NCBI GenBank assembly: GCA_016788905.1
Contig: JAEURZ010000002.1
Span: 95,383-159,382 of the forward strand
DNA: 64,000 bases
Direction: 5' to 3'
From: Elusimicrobiota bacterium
GTDB taxonomy: Bacteria; Elusimicrobiota; Elusimicrobia; FEN-1173
Positions 19,419 through 29,193 of this stretch are shown one piece after another (positions within the stretch are counted from its first letter, which is position 1; the number at the start of each line of letters is the position of its first letter). The notes beneath the pieces were generated by a model that ran no database searches, was not told where the DNA came from, and worked only from the letters and a program-made list of their open reading frames with translations. A program made the translations under genes and the position numbers.

Positions 19419-20186
19419 TCACGGGGCAAGACATCGGACCAGGACGTCCGCCCGTTTAAAAAAGAGGTCCAGGAGTCGTTCGCATACCCGTGTTAAATGA
19501 GGGGCCGACAGCGCGAGAACAAAAAAGCCCACGACACTCCGGAGTGGAAAATCAAGGGACAGGAGATTCATTTGAGGGGCGGCACGACCGATCAGACCCA
19601 GACCTATCGTCAACAACCAAATGGCCACCGTCAGGGGGGCCGCCAGTTTAAACCCGATCTCAAATAGATTTCCGAAAGAGGCCGACCAATTTGAAAAAAA
19701 CGATCCATGAAACGCGGCGTTCCCCAGGGGAACCCACTCGAAACTTCGCACAAGGATTTCCATCAACCGCAAGTGGCCGTCCACAGCGAAGAACAAAAGG
19801 AAAAAGATCATCCGTTGGAAAAGGACAACCACCTCGGAGGAATCCCCCACCGTTGGGTCAAAGAGCCCCCCCCACCCCAACCCCATTTGAGCGCCCATGA
19901 GATGGCCCGCCATTTGAATTCCAGTCAAAAACATCGACCAGAACCCCGCAATGACCAATCCCACCAATAATTCCGTTCCCGCCGCCAAAGCCCACCCCAA
20001 CCCATCATGCGGGAGGGTCGCGGAAGAAGGAATCCACGTCACCAAAAGAGTTGCTGTGAGGAATGAGAAACCCGCCCGCGCCATGGGAGCCACGTCTTTT
20101 CCTCCAAAGGGAGGCGCAAAGGAGAGGAACGCGGAGACGCGAAGAAAAACAAGGAAGAATCGAGCCAGCTCAAAATCAGACGGCAC
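19419..20186 (-). CDS. fliR: flagellar export protein FliR
   Basis: Polytopic 255 aa; position fliQ-fliR-flhB. Confidence 0.85.
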   Translation of the reverse strand: MPSDFELARFFLVFLRVSAFLSFAPPFGGKDVAPMARAGFSFLTATLLVTWIPSSATLPHDGLGWALAAGTELLVGLVIAGFWSMFLTGIQMAGHLMGAQMGLGWGGLFDPTVGDSSEVVVLFQRMIFFLLFFAVDGHLRLMEILVRSFEWVPLGNAAFHGSFFSNWSASFGNLFEIGFKLAAPLTVAIWLLTIGLGLIGRAAPQMNLLSLDFPLRSVVGFFVLALSAPHLTRVCERLLDLFFKRADVLVRCLAP

Positions 20187-20198
20187 GAGATGTCCCGA

Positions 20199-20468
20199 TC
20201 AGCGCGCCATCTGAGGTAATCCAGCCAAAAGTCGACTGGCAAACTGAACCAAGAGACCCCACTGCCAATGGCCGAACACCGTCACCACCAGAGCCACAAT
20301 GATAATCTTCGGGACGAAGACTAAACTCATTTCGTGGACTTGGGTGGCCGCTTGAAAAAGGCCGACCGCCACCCCTACGATCAAACTTACCGCAAGGATG
20401 GGCCCCGCGAAGAGGAGCGCCCCCATAAAACATTCCCGCCAAAGTTGCATCACGAAATCGACGGTCAT
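20199..20468 (-). CDS. fliQ: flagellar export protein FliQ
   Basis: 89 aa two-TM protein starting MTVDFVMQLW; ATGA overlap with fliP stop (track start 20507 is an upstream in-frame M). Confidence 0.85.
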   Translation of the reverse strand: MTVDFVMQLWRECFMGALLFAGPILAVSLIVGVAVGLFQAATQVHEMSLVFVPKIIIVALVVTVFGHWQWGLLVQFASRLLAGLPQMAR

Positions 20469-21232
20469 CGCACGCTCTTGACCAGTCCCTGCGCAATAAG
20501 AGCCCACCCATCCACCATGATGAACAATAAAATTTTAAGGGGCAACGACACCATGCTGGGGGGAACCATCATCATCCCCAGAGACATGAGAACACTCGAC
20601 ACCCCCAAATCGATCACGAGGAACGGGAGGAACAGGAGAAATCCCATTTGAAACCCCGTTTTCAATTCACTCAAAACAAAAGCGGTGACCAAAACAATGA
20701 AGGGAACCTCTTCCTCATTTTTTGGCGTGGGCATGCGGGACATGCGAATGGTAAACCCCAATTCACGGGCCCGGGTTTGACGTAACAAGAAACTTCGAAC
20801 GGGGACCGCGGCTTTTGGGATCGCCTCGGCAAAGCTGAGCGTATTTTCTCGGTAGGGTTGCACAGCCACTTCATTAACTTCCGCCACGGTCGGGGCCATA
20901 ACAAAAAAAGTTAGGATCAGGGCCAAACTGATGAGGACATGATTGGGAGGCGTGGTTTGAAGCGCCATCGCTTGGCGGAGAAGACCCAATACGATAACGA
21001 ACCGCAGGAAACAAGTGGTCATGATCAGGGCTGAAGGGACAAGAGAAATGGCTGTGAGCACAGCCACTGCCTCGAAAACAGACGTCAACCGCTGGGGATC
21101 GCCGATCGCGCGAACAGCCCCTTCTAGCGGGGTGGGCAATGTCGGTGCCGCCGGAGCGGCGTGGACCGTCCACACTGAGAGAATAAGAATCCCCGTGGCG
21201 CCAAACACTTTCTGAAAAGTTTTAGAGGTCAT
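20465..21232 (-). CDS. fliP: flagellar export protein FliP
   Basis: Signal peptide MTSKTFQKVFGATGILILS; FliP conserved core; chosen start M55 of track ORF. Confidence 0.9.
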   Translation of the reverse strand: MTSKTFQKVFGATGILILSVWTVHAAPAAPTLPTPLEGAVRAIGDPQRLTSVFEAVAVLTAISLVPSALIMTTCFLRFVIVLGLLRQAMALQTTPPNHVLISLALILTFFVMAPTVAEVNEVAVQPYRENTLSFAEAIPKAAVPVRSFLLRQTRARELGFTIRMSRMPTPKNEEEVPFIVLVTAFVLSELKTGFQMGFLLFLPFLVIDLGVSSVLMSLGMMMVPPSMVSLPLKILLFIMVDGWALIAQGLVKSVR

Positions 21233-21662
21233 GGGGCAACACGGACGGCGGGTTTTCAAGGGACGTTCCATCCCCCAGTTCGGCCAATAAACGGACCCCG
21301 TCCGCCCCAACCCCCAGCAAAAATTTCCTTCCTTCCGCTCGGACCAAACAAATTCCCGCACGTGGCCCCAGAGAAGCACGCCCAAGCACATCAAGCCCCG
21401 TCCCGCCAGAAGCTCCTCCCCATTTTGTTTTTTGGAGAAGTGGTTTTACGAAATACAGAGCGCCCAGAAGAAGGGAGAGCGTCACAATAACCCGGACCAC
21501 GGGGAAAGAAGGGGCCGACTGAGGTTTGAGAAAATCCGGGGTATCCGGCTCGGAAACCGAAGGTTCCATGGGAGGTGGAAGCCCCTCCCCGGCTTGAAGA
21601 ACGATGGTTCCCCCCAACACGCAGAGGGCGAAGAGGACGCTTCGGCCGGTGGGGAAACCCAT
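21222..21662 (-). CDS. fliO: FliO/FliZ-like single-TM flagellar export protein
   Basis: One TM helix then LDVLGRASLGPRAGICLVRAEGRKFLLGVG motif; position fliN-fliO-fliP. Confidence 0.6.
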   Translation of the reverse strand: MGFPTGRSVLFALCVLGGTIVLQAGEGLPPPMEPSVSEPDTPDFLKPQSAPSFPVVRVIVTLSLLLGALYFVKPLLQKTKWGGASGGTGLDVLGRASLGPRAGICLVRAEGRKFLLGVGADGVRLLAELGDGTSLENPPSVLPHDL

Positions 21663-22021
21663 CAGGAAACCCCGGGTTTCGACCCGCCCACGATGTCAAT
21701 AATTTTTACTCCAAAAGATTCGCCAACCGCCACCAATTCTCCTCGGGCGTAAAGACGTTCATTCACTAAGATATCAATAGGGTCTCCCGCCGCACGGTCC
21801 AGCTCAACCACAGATCCCGTTCCTAATTTCAACAACTCACCAAGGGTCATTCGTGTTTCACCCAACACCACGCTCACACGTAGAGTGATGTCCATCAGGG
21901 GGGCGATGTTGGTGGGAAGAGGGTCCCCCCCTCCCGCGGCCAGATCCGCCAAACGGACTTGCTTCACTTCCGGGGAATTCGGCTCCGTTGGCGCTGTGGG
22001 GGTAGATTTTTCGTCTGTCAT
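21662..22021 (-). CDS. fliN: flagellar motor switch protein FliN
   Basis: C-terminal SpoA domain LGELLKLGTGSVVELDR..IDILVNERLYARGELV. Confidence 0.85.
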   Translation of the reverse strand: MTDEKSTPTAPTEPNSPEVKQVRLADLAAGGGDPLPTNIAPLMDITLRVSVVLGETRMTLGELLKLGTGSVVELDRAAGDPIDILVNERLYARGELVAVGESFGVKIIDIVGGSKPGVS

Positions 22022-22920
22022 TGAGACCTCCGATCCTGTTTGGCGATACTCGTGATGCGGATGGCGCGGTGTCCGTTCAAAATCCCGGCCTGCCCACGGA
22101 ACATGGGAACAGAACCAGCCAGTAAAACCGCTTCGGCGCCCAATCGCCCGACGTTGAGAACGTCGCCGGGCTCCAACGCCGCCATGTCACGAAGTGAAAT
22201 ATCGGGTTCGGCAAGAAACGCCCGGACCGGGACCGTGACCCCATCCATTTTTCGTTTTAAAACGGGGTGAAGTTTCGGGTCGTCCACCATCGATGTGTCT
22301 TTTTCTTCTGGATGTTCCAAACCCGCAGTAAGGGGTTTCACAAAAGAGAGGGGAAGCCCCACCTCCAAGGCACTCGATGTCCCCATGGCGCTCAGGGAGA
22401 AAAGGACAATCACATAGGTCTCTTCCGCTCGTTTTTCGGGGGACCCTTCTTCAAAGGACCCGGTTTTCCTTGACGTGAACGCGCATTCCCCCAAGCTTTC
22501 CCAAAGGGCGTTCAAACGACTGAGAAAAAATTCCATAAATCCTTCAGCCACCCGGCGCTCCACGGGCGTTATGTCCCCCGCGGACCGTTCTCGAGTGGAG
22601 GATCCCGCAGGCTGGGCCGTTCCTCCCAGGGACGCCTCTAAAAAAACGCGGGCAGCGGCACTCTCTAGCCCCATAAACCCTGAACCGGCCCCAGGAGAAA
22701 TAAGGAACGGCATGGCGATGGCTCCCGCTATTTGGGGGGTAGCACCAATCACCACCTCAACAGATCGTGCCTCGATTTTAATGGGCAGACCCAAACGTGC
22801 GGCTAAATCCGTTGATGCCTTTGGACCAAAGGTGAGGTGGATTCGGAACAGGGCATCGCGGGTTTTCCGCGAGAGGGTCCCTCCCGGCGCGGGGGCGAAG
22901 GGGCGGGCGGTTTCGGTCAT
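22018..22920 (-). CDS. fliM: flagellar motor switch protein FliM
   Basis: 300 aa FliM middle domain + C-terminal SpoA-like; operon context. Confidence 0.85.
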   Translation of the reverse strand: MTETARPFAPAPGGTLSRKTRDALFRIHLTFGPKASTDLAARLGLPIKIEARSVEVVIGATPQIAGAIAMPFLISPGAGSGFMGLESAAARVFLEASLGGTAQPAGSSTRERSAGDITPVERRVAEGFMEFFLSRLNALWESLGECAFTSRKTGSFEEGSPEKRAEETYVIVLFSLSAMGTSSALEVGLPLSFVKPLTAGLEHPEEKDTSMVDDPKLHPVLKRKMDGVTVPVRAFLAEPDISLRDMAALEPGDVLNVGRLGAEAVLLAGSVPMFRGQAGILNGHRAIRITSIAKQDRRSQ

Positions 22921-23534
22921 TGGATCAGAAATTCCGTCAAGTAAACGTCGCTGATCTCACCTTTCGTTAAAAATTTATTCATTTTGGTGCGGAGAGTTTC
23001 TTTCAACATGTTCTTCCCCACATCACTACCGATGTCCTGGGCCCGCACATTGCCCAAGGTGTCGATCAGACAATCGTAGATTTGATGGTCCACGCTTTCG
23101 AGTTCTTTGATCACCTCCGGGGAATCGGCTTCCAGGGTGATGGAGACTTTAGCGAAACGGTGATTGGAATCCCCCGCCAAATTGACCACTGTGGTTTTTA
23201 GCGGGTAAGGTGTTGCGATTTTTGTCAAAATCCCCTTTCCGTCATTTTTCCCTTTCTTCTTTCCGGTGTCGCTTGAGCCATGCCCTTCATTGGGATTAGG
23301 CTTGACTTTCCCATCCCCGGCCCCTTCCCCCAAGTCGATGGGGCCCGCCCCAGCGGCCAAACCGAGCGGCCCCACAGAATAGGCCGAGGGCTGTGCCGCC
23401 AACTGAGCGCTGGCTTCAGCCAGCGCGTGGTCCACAGCCAAACGCGAACCAAACACACACACCGCGCCCGCCGCCGATAGGAGAACCACATCCCACACAC
23501 CTTTTAGGATTGTTGCTTTATCAATCAGCGCCAT
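22917..23534 (-). CDS. fliL: flagellar basal body-associated protein FliL
   Basis: N-terminal TM, C-terminal FliL domain KVSITLEADSPEV.. Confidence 0.75.
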   Translation of the reverse strand: MALIDKATILKGVWDVVLLSAAGAVCVFGSRLAVDHALAEASAQLAAQPSAYSVGPLGLAAGAGPIDLGEGAGDGKVKPNPNEGHGSSDTGKKKGKNDGKGILTKIATPYPLKTTVVNLAGDSNHRFAKVSITLEADSPEVIKELESVDHQIYDCLIDTLGNVRAQDIGSDVGKNMLKETLRTKMNKFLTKGEISDVYLTEFLIQ

Positions 23535-23551
23535 CGGTCACGGTCTCCTTA

Positions 23552-25603
23552 TCATCGTTTCAGATTAACCAACTCTTCAAGCAACTGGTCTGACGTGGTG
23601 ATGACCCGGGCGTTCGATTGGAACCCACGCTGGGTCACGATCATATCGGTGAACTCCCGGGCCACATCCACATTGGACATCTCCAGGGTTCCGGAAATAA
23701 TGCTTCCCCGTCCCCCGACCAGCGCGGCACCGAATTCCGCGGTACCCGAGTTCGACGTTTCGGACATGTAGGTCTGCCCTTCGCGTTTTAAGCCGGAGGA
23801 GTTGCTGAACGACGCCACGGCCATTTGACCCAAAATCAAGTTTCGACCGTTGGAGAAAGTTCCGACCACCTCTCCCGATTGTCCAATGGAAAAACCGCTT
23901 AAGGTGGCACTACTGAACCCATCCTGATTGTTCAGCACAATGGACGAATTGTTGGTGAATTGGGTACACCCCGTAAAGTCCACCGCGACCGCCAAGGGAG
24001 ACGCCGCCCCGTTGGTCAACGGGACTGAAATGCTTCCCGTGGGGGTTACCAATTGCCCCCCGTTGTCAAAGTTCATAACGCCCGCCCCCACAGACACTCC
24101 CTGGTGAGAAGCCGTCCATTGCCAGCTGTTGGTGGCAGACTTTGAAAAACGAAGATCGATAGCCAATGGATTTCCAAGAGAATCGAAAACTTGGGTGGAC
24201 GTTCGATAACTGGTGGCGTCCAAAGCTTTCTGGATTTCCCCAAAACTTTGGGAAGCCGAAAAGGTGGACCGGAGATCATCACCTGAGTTCGGCCCGGCCC
24301 CAATCACGATGCCCGCGACGCCATTGGACGCTCCGTTGGATCCAGTTAAGTAGAGGGTTCCGTCCGACTGAATGACCAAATCTTCTCCCAAAGCCGGGGC
24401 CCCTGTGAAAAGAGCGCTCCGAAGAGCGTCCCGGTAATCCCCGTAGGTGGAAGCGATCGTGATGTCCGCCAGAATAGGTGTTGAGGCCACAATCGATCCC
24501 TTCACGTTTGCCGAAATGAGCGTCATATCATCACCCGCCGTCAACCCCAAGGAAACCCCGGAAGAGGATTTCATGGAAACCAGAGTGTCCGATGCGATCG
24601 CGGGGCGAAGCATTACTTCCGTATTGCCGGTCGTCCCTCCCCCCAAAATGGCGAGAGGAAATTGGAACGCGTTATTCGCCAGGGTATTCCCGGGTACACT
24701 GATTTGAAGGTTGGTGATGTCGTTTGTTCCGTCCGATGTGACTCGGATGGACCCATCCGCTTGAACCGTAGCGGTTTCCGTCAAATCGCCGTCCGCCACC
24801 CCACGAAGAGCCGCTTGCAGAGCCGAAGCAATGTCCGCGAGAGTGGTCCCCGCTCCCACAACCAATGGCGTTGCCGAGATCAGGGTTCCCCCCACAGATC
24901 CTGTAAAGGATAAGGAGCTTCCTGTCGTAAGACCCAGGGAAGCGCCCGCGGCGTTTCGGATACCGCTCACCAAAGACGTCCCTGCCGCCGCGGCCAGGAG
25001 AGGCTGAGTTTGCGCAATGGTTCCCTGAATAAGCGTTCCGGCCGCGTCCAAGTTTCCGATAAATGTCATTCGTCCGGTCCTTTGGGCCGGAAGGACATCC
25101 CCCACCGGAATAGAAAGAGTGGAAATAGAACCGGAGGTGTCCACCACCGAATTGACCGCGTTCCATCCCATATACGTGGACCCGTCAGAAGGATTGACCA
25201 AATTCCCCCCCAACCCCAATTCCATGAGTCCCGCCCGGGTGTATTTGTTCCGATTGCCGTCGTTGACAACAAAGAAACCGTTCCCTTGAATCGACATATC
25301 TGTCGACCGTCCGGTGGACTCCAAGTTTCCTTGAGTATTGATCGTGTCCACACTGTGGATGAACGATCCCAACCCCAATTGAACGGGGTTGGTTCCCCCC
25401 ACCGCCTGCGGGGCAGAGGCGTCCCGAACCGTTTGATAAATCAGATCGCCAAAACTGACGCGGTTGTATTTATAACCGATGGTGTTCACGTTTGAAAGAT
25501 TGTTTCCGATCACGTTCATACGAAACTGATGGTTCTTTAATCCCGACACTCCTGAGAACAAGGCTGGCATCATAGATTCGGTTCCTCCTGGTTTTGGATG
25601 CAC
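23552..25603 (-). CDS. flgE: flagellar hook protein FlgE (large, 683 aa)
   Basis: N-term SGVSGLKNHQFRMNVIGNNLSNVNTIGYK, C-term TLEMSNVDVAREFTDMIVTQRGFQSNARVITTSDQLL. Confidence 0.9.
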   Translation of the reverse strand: MHPKPGGTESMMPALFSGVSGLKNHQFRMNVIGNNLSNVNTIGYKYNRVSFGDLIYQTVRDASAPQAVGGTNPVQLGLGSFIHSVDTINTQGNLESTGRSTDMSIQGNGFFVVNDGNRNKYTRAGLMELGLGGNLVNPSDGSTYMGWNAVNSVVDTSGSISTLSIPVGDVLPAQRTGRMTFIGNLDAAGTLIQGTIAQTQPLLAAAAGTSLVSGIRNAAGASLGLTTGSSLSFTGSVGGTLISATPLVVGAGTTLADIASALQAALRGVADGDLTETATVQADGSIRVTSDGTNDITNLQISVPGNTLANNAFQFPLAILGGGTTGNTEVMLRPAIASDTLVSMKSSSGVSLGLTAGDDMTLISANVKGSIVASTPILADITIASTYGDYRDALRSALFTGAPALGEDLVIQSDGTLYLTGSNGASNGVAGIVIGAGPNSGDDLRSTFSASQSFGEIQKALDATSYRTSTQVFDSLGNPLAIDLRFSKSATNSWQWTASHQGVSVGAGVMNFDNGGQLVTPTGSISVPLTNGAASPLAVAVDFTGCTQFTNNSSIVLNNQDGFSSATLSGFSIGQSGEVVGTFSNGRNLILGQMAVASFSNSSGLKREGQTYMSETSNSGTAEFGAALVGGRGSIISGTLEMSNVDVAREFTDMIVTQRGFQSNARVITTSDQLLEELVNLKR

Positions 25604-25658
25604 TTCCCGGTAAAACTCTTCATGTTGTGTTTATGCAAGATCCGTGCGAACCGTGCGA

Positions 25659-26012
25659 CTATAAAATGACCGCGCTATCGATCTGAGTGAATACGTTGTC
25701 CCGCAATCGATCGCGGGTCATGGAGGTGATTACAATCTTTTCTCTGACGTTGGCGATGAAGACCTTATCGTCCATGAGGAGCACCGAGGAACGGGCGCCC
25801 TTCGCCGCCGCTTTGTCCATCCCGCTGTCCAACCGCTCCTTTTCGGCTTCCGTGAGTTGGATTCCGTCCCGTTGAAGACGGTCCTCCGCGTGTTTTGAGA
25901 ACCGGACCAATTCCCGACGGAAAATATGGTCAAATGCGTCAGAGGGGCGGGCTGCTTGAGGGCCCCCTGGCCGGGGCGAGGAGGGACCTCCGATGGAACC
26001 AATCCCGTCCAT
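25659..26012 (-). CDS. uncharacterised flagellar operon protein (TIGR02530-like, between flgD and flgE)
   Basis: Size and position as in Firmicute/spirochaete fla operons; no enzymatic motifs. Confidence 0.45.
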   Translation of the reverse strand: MDGIGSIGGPSSPRPGGPQAARPSDAFDHIFRRELVRFSKHAEDRLQRDGIQLTEAEKERLDSGMDKAAAKGARSSVLLMDDKVFIANVREKIVITSMTRDRLRDNVFTQIDSAVIL

Positions 26013-26422
26013 TAGGCGAAGACTTCGGTGAGACCGGCCAAAGGCAAGTCCACCCCGTCTCCCAAATCCAACAACATTTGATCACCTTCCATTCTCATCC
26101 CGAATACTTTTCCCGTCACAATATTCCCCGCATCGTTCTTCCCGACCACAATTCGACCGAGGATACTTTGCCCTTGACTCCATTGGTTGCTTCGCGTGAG
26201 AGCCTCCATGGAAAGGGCCAATTTTTCAGTCTGTTCAAGAGATGAGAATTGGGCCAAGGTCCCCACCATTTCCTGTTCTGACGCCGGGTTCAGGGGGTCT
26301 TGGTGTTCAAGCTGAGTGGTTAGAAGTTTGAGGAAATCGCTCTTCCCCAACCCCCCTGTGTTTCGCGTCGCTGATGTTTTTGAAGCGTCGGCCGATGAAA
26401 CAGCATCAATGGATTCCGGCAT
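26012..26422 (-). CDS. flgD: hook capping/assembly protein FlgD
   Basis: [23 protein letters not shown] signature. Confidence 0.8.
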   Translation of the reverse strand: MPESIDAVSSADASKTSATRNTGGLGKSDFLKLLTTQLEHQDPLNPASEQEMVGTLAQFSSLEQTEKLALSMEALTRSNQWSQGQSILGRIVVGKNDAGNIVTGKVFGMRMEGDQMLLDLGDGVDLPLAGLTEVFA

Positions 26423-26438
26423 ATTTTTTCTCCTTTTC

Positions 26439-28043
26439 TTACGCGACTAAATCAACGCGCCAGGCCCCAGGCGCTCTTTCTGTTTCGGTTATCCCCGTTT
26501 CGTCCACTAAGACGTTGGAATTGTGCGAAGAGGACCCCATGTCGGAATGTCCTCCGTCCCCGCGCCCGTTTCCCACCCCCCCGGAAGAAACGTTAACCGC
26601 AAGATCATTGACACTCCACCCCAGGGTCGTCAACGTCCCGGAAAGCTCGCGCAACCCGGAAACCACGACCTGGCGGGCGGTATCGTTGTCCACCCGGAAT
26701 TGCATGGACACATCTTTTCCTTTGGCTTCAAGGGCGATATGAAGTTCACCTAAATGGTCTGGCTTGAGATCGAGACGCACCAAAGAACGGCCGGATTCCA
26801 AGGTCACATGAATTTGCCGTGCCAAATCGATGGGCGACGGTTTGAATTCGGGTGGGGCCGGAGGAGGAGCGGAAAGAGCGGCGTTGGTTTTGGATCCCTC
26901 CACAGAGGGGAACCCAGGGGATTGCCCCCCCATATGGGGAACAACCCCACCACTCCGACCCAACCCATTCAGGACCGAAGCCGCCGGAGACAGGGCCTCT
27001 TCCGTAGAGTTCATCCCTTTCGGAATCAACGTGTCCACCGGTTTTCCTTCCGGCACGGCGAGGGAAAAAGAGGGGCCAGACCGAAGAGAGGACGGGAGTT
27101 CGCGACGATCTTTTCCCTCCAATTGATCTTGGAACTCGGAATTTCCTTTCTCCTCCTGGGTGAGTCCCGAAGGCCTATTCGCTACCACAGGAATGGCCCG
27201 TGGTATTGTTTTGGCTTCAGGAGTTGGCCCTTCTGAAGACGGGGCCACCGCTTCGCGTTTCGAGGGCGGAACCTCTTGAGGTTTTAAAGGGAGAGGTGAA
27301 CCCGCCTTCCCTTCCGAAGAAACCTCCACTCTTTTTTCATGGGTGTCTTCAAGGTTTAGGGAAGGCCCCCCATCCGCCATGGGGGACAAGGATCCCAGGG
27401 ACTTTTCCTTGGAGAGTGCGGGTTGAAGAGGCACAACGACTTCGGACTTTTGATGGGGAACGGGGGGAACCAGGGAGGGAAATAGAAACGGGGAAACAGG
27501 ATCTCCTTTCGTGCTCGTCTCACCCGAACGAAAATCCTCCGTCGTTTCAGAACCGGAATCACTGGGGGCATCCGGTTCGGGCCTCTCTTCTTCCCCCTGC
27601 AAAACCACCTCGGGAAGAAGGACCGGGACAACCTCCACTCCCTCTGTTTCATTCGCGTGAAGGTCTTCTCCATGGACAGGTGGGGAAGCGAGAGAATCAA
27701 CATTCTCTTCGTTTTCACCCGAATCCAGGAGGCTCCCCTCCGTTCCCGTACGCTGGTCGTAAGGGAGAGCCTCTTTTGTCAGAGGGAGAGGACGATCGTC
27801 CTTTAGAGACGGAGAAGAAGTTAACTTCCGCTGCGCTCCATGGGGAGAAAACGGCTTTTCCTTTCTTTCCGATTTCGTAGAAATCGAGGGGCTCTCTTGA
27901 GAAGGAGGCTTCCGGTTTGGATCGAAACGGTCGACTTCCTTATATAAATGAATTGAGAAACGCTCACCCTCACTCGCCGATCCCGGCGAACTTTTTGGCC
28001 CTCCCTCAAGGGGTCCAGGCCCTGCGACAGACGGAACAATCAT
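26439..28043 (-). CDS. fliK: hook-length control protein FliK (Pro/Ser/Glu-rich ruler + C-terminal Flg_hook/T3S4 domain)
   Basis: Low-complexity central region; C-terminal [33 protein letters not shown]. Confidence 0.75.
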   Translation of the reverse strand: MIVPSVAGPGPLEGGPKSSPGSASEGERFSIHLYKEVDRFDPNRKPPSQESPSISTKSERKEKPFSPHGAQRKLTSSPSLKDDRPLPLTKEALPYDQRTGTEGSLLDSGENEENVDSLASPPVHGEDLHANETEGVEVVPVLLPEVVLQGEEERPEPDAPSDSGSETTEDFRSGETSTKGDPVSPFLFPSLVPPVPHQKSEVVVPLQPALSKEKSLGSLSPMADGGPSLNLEDTHEKRVEVSSEGKAGSPLPLKPQEVPPSKREAVAPSSEGPTPEAKTIPRAIPVVANRPSGLTQEEKGNSEFQDQLEGKDRRELPSSLRSGPSFSLAVPEGKPVDTLIPKGMNSTEEALSPAASVLNGLGRSGGVVPHMGGQSPGFPSVEGSKTNAALSAPPPAPPEFKPSPIDLARQIHVTLESGRSLVRLDLKPDHLGELHIALEAKGKDVSMQFRVDNDTARQVVVSGLRELSGTLTTLGWSVNDLAVNVSSGGVGNGRGDGGHSDMGSSSHNSNVLVDETGITETERAPGAWRVDLVA

Positions 28044-28750
28044 GGAGGTCCTCCTCGGTTTCCAGCCAATCGGGCCGATAGGGCGGCCGCACGTTTTGGG
28101 GGAAACAAAACCAAAATGGCGCCAGCTTCAGCCTCTTTCATGCGTGCCAATAAATCAGCGGTCTCTTTGTTCGGTAATTCCTGAAGAATCTTCGCCGCGT
28201 TCTCCGGCGGCATGGTCACAAATAATTTCACCATCTTTTTTGTGCTGAGAGTGGCCTGTCTTTCCACTTCTTCCGCATTTTTTACCGCGCTTTCCATTTT
28301 TCCAATCCTTATTTGGGCCGCTTCAAGGGCATTGCTGGCCTCTTGAATCAGACGCTGGGTTTCCATCATCCTGTTTTCATACCCCTCGGCGATTTGCGTG
28401 GTGGACTTTATTTCACCTTCCATCCGCATTAAAGTCTTAACGTGAACCTCCATTTGGGTTTTCATACTTTCCCGTTCCAACTCCGCGTAGCGCCATTTCG
28501 TTTCGATCGCCTCCAGATCCGATTTCAAGGGCTTTACCTCGTTCTTCCCCACACCCGATTCTAATGCAAGAGTCGTGCTAACAGGGCGTGAGAGAGGACC
28601 AAGAAAGTCCGGTGTAATTGCAGGGGAAGTCGGAGCAAGTGGCGCAGAACGAGCGGTCCTCATCAGGTTAAACAGTCCCCCCGCTAAAAAATACGATGTT
28701 CCAATTGTTGTAAAAATGGCCACCATGGCCACACGAAGAGTCGGGTTCAT
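28040..28750 (-). CDS. YlxF/MotE-like coiled-coil flagellar protein (MgtE-N-like C-terminus)
   Basis: TM + long coiled coil + C-terminal helical bundle; syntenic with B. subtilis ylxF between fliJ and fliK. Confidence 0.45.
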   Translation of the reverse strand: MNPTLRVAMVAIFTTIGTSYFLAGGLFNLMRTARSAPLAPTSPAITPDFLGPLSRPVSTTLALESGVGKNEVKPLKSDLEAIETKWRYAELERESMKTQMEVHVKTLMRMEGEIKSTTQIAEGYENRMMETQRLIQEASNALEAAQIRIGKMESAVKNAEEVERQATLSTKKMVKLFVTMPPENAAKILQELPNKETADLLARMKEAEAGAILVLFPPKRAAALSARLAGNRGGPP

Positions 28751-29193
28751 TGGGTAGACCTCCGGAAAACGGCGGACGCTGCAAAATCCATTCGTTTCAT
28801 CTCCAAAGCTCTCATGTCCTCCCGATGGGATTTTTTTCTGATTTCCTTGAGACGTTCAAGTATTTGACGGTCCCGCACAGCGATTCGAAGCGCGCCTTCA
28901 CGAACAGACACCTCATGAGCCAAACGTCGGACAATTTCCTTAGAGGCCTGGATTCGAAATTCCATATGCTCCACGTAATCCCGCCGACATTGATCCCGGG
29001 TCAAATCAAGGGTGCCCGACCCATCCAGGACGGGAGGCACGGCCCAAACCTCTCGCTCTTTTTCAAGACGCTCTAAATCCAAGCGAGCCGCGATACATTC
29101 GGCGTGGGCCCGCGCCAGTTCCTGGGCAACTTTGTCCTCTTTTCGACGCCGAAGACGAAGCGGGGTTTCCAGTCGAAACCGAAACTTTTTCAC
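28747..29193 (-). CDS. fliJ: flagellar export chaperone/stalk FliJ
   Basis: MKKFRFRLETPLRLRRRKED start, 148 aa coiled coil; follows fliI. Confidence 0.75.
   Translation of the reverse strand: MKKFRFRLETPLRLRRRKEDKVAQELARAHAECIAARLDLERLEKEREVWAVPPVLDGSGTLDLTRDQCRRDYVEHMEFRIQASKEIVRRLAHEVSVREGALRIAVRDRQILERLKEIRKKSHREDMRALEMKRMDFAASAVFRRSTQ

Noticed and set aside
26439-28043. Possible repeat-protein or novelty in the 534-aa Pro/Ser/Glu-rich ORF
   Set aside because: C-terminal Flg_hook/T3S4 domain and position between ylxF-like and flgD identify it as FliK; low-complexity ruler regions are normal for FliK.
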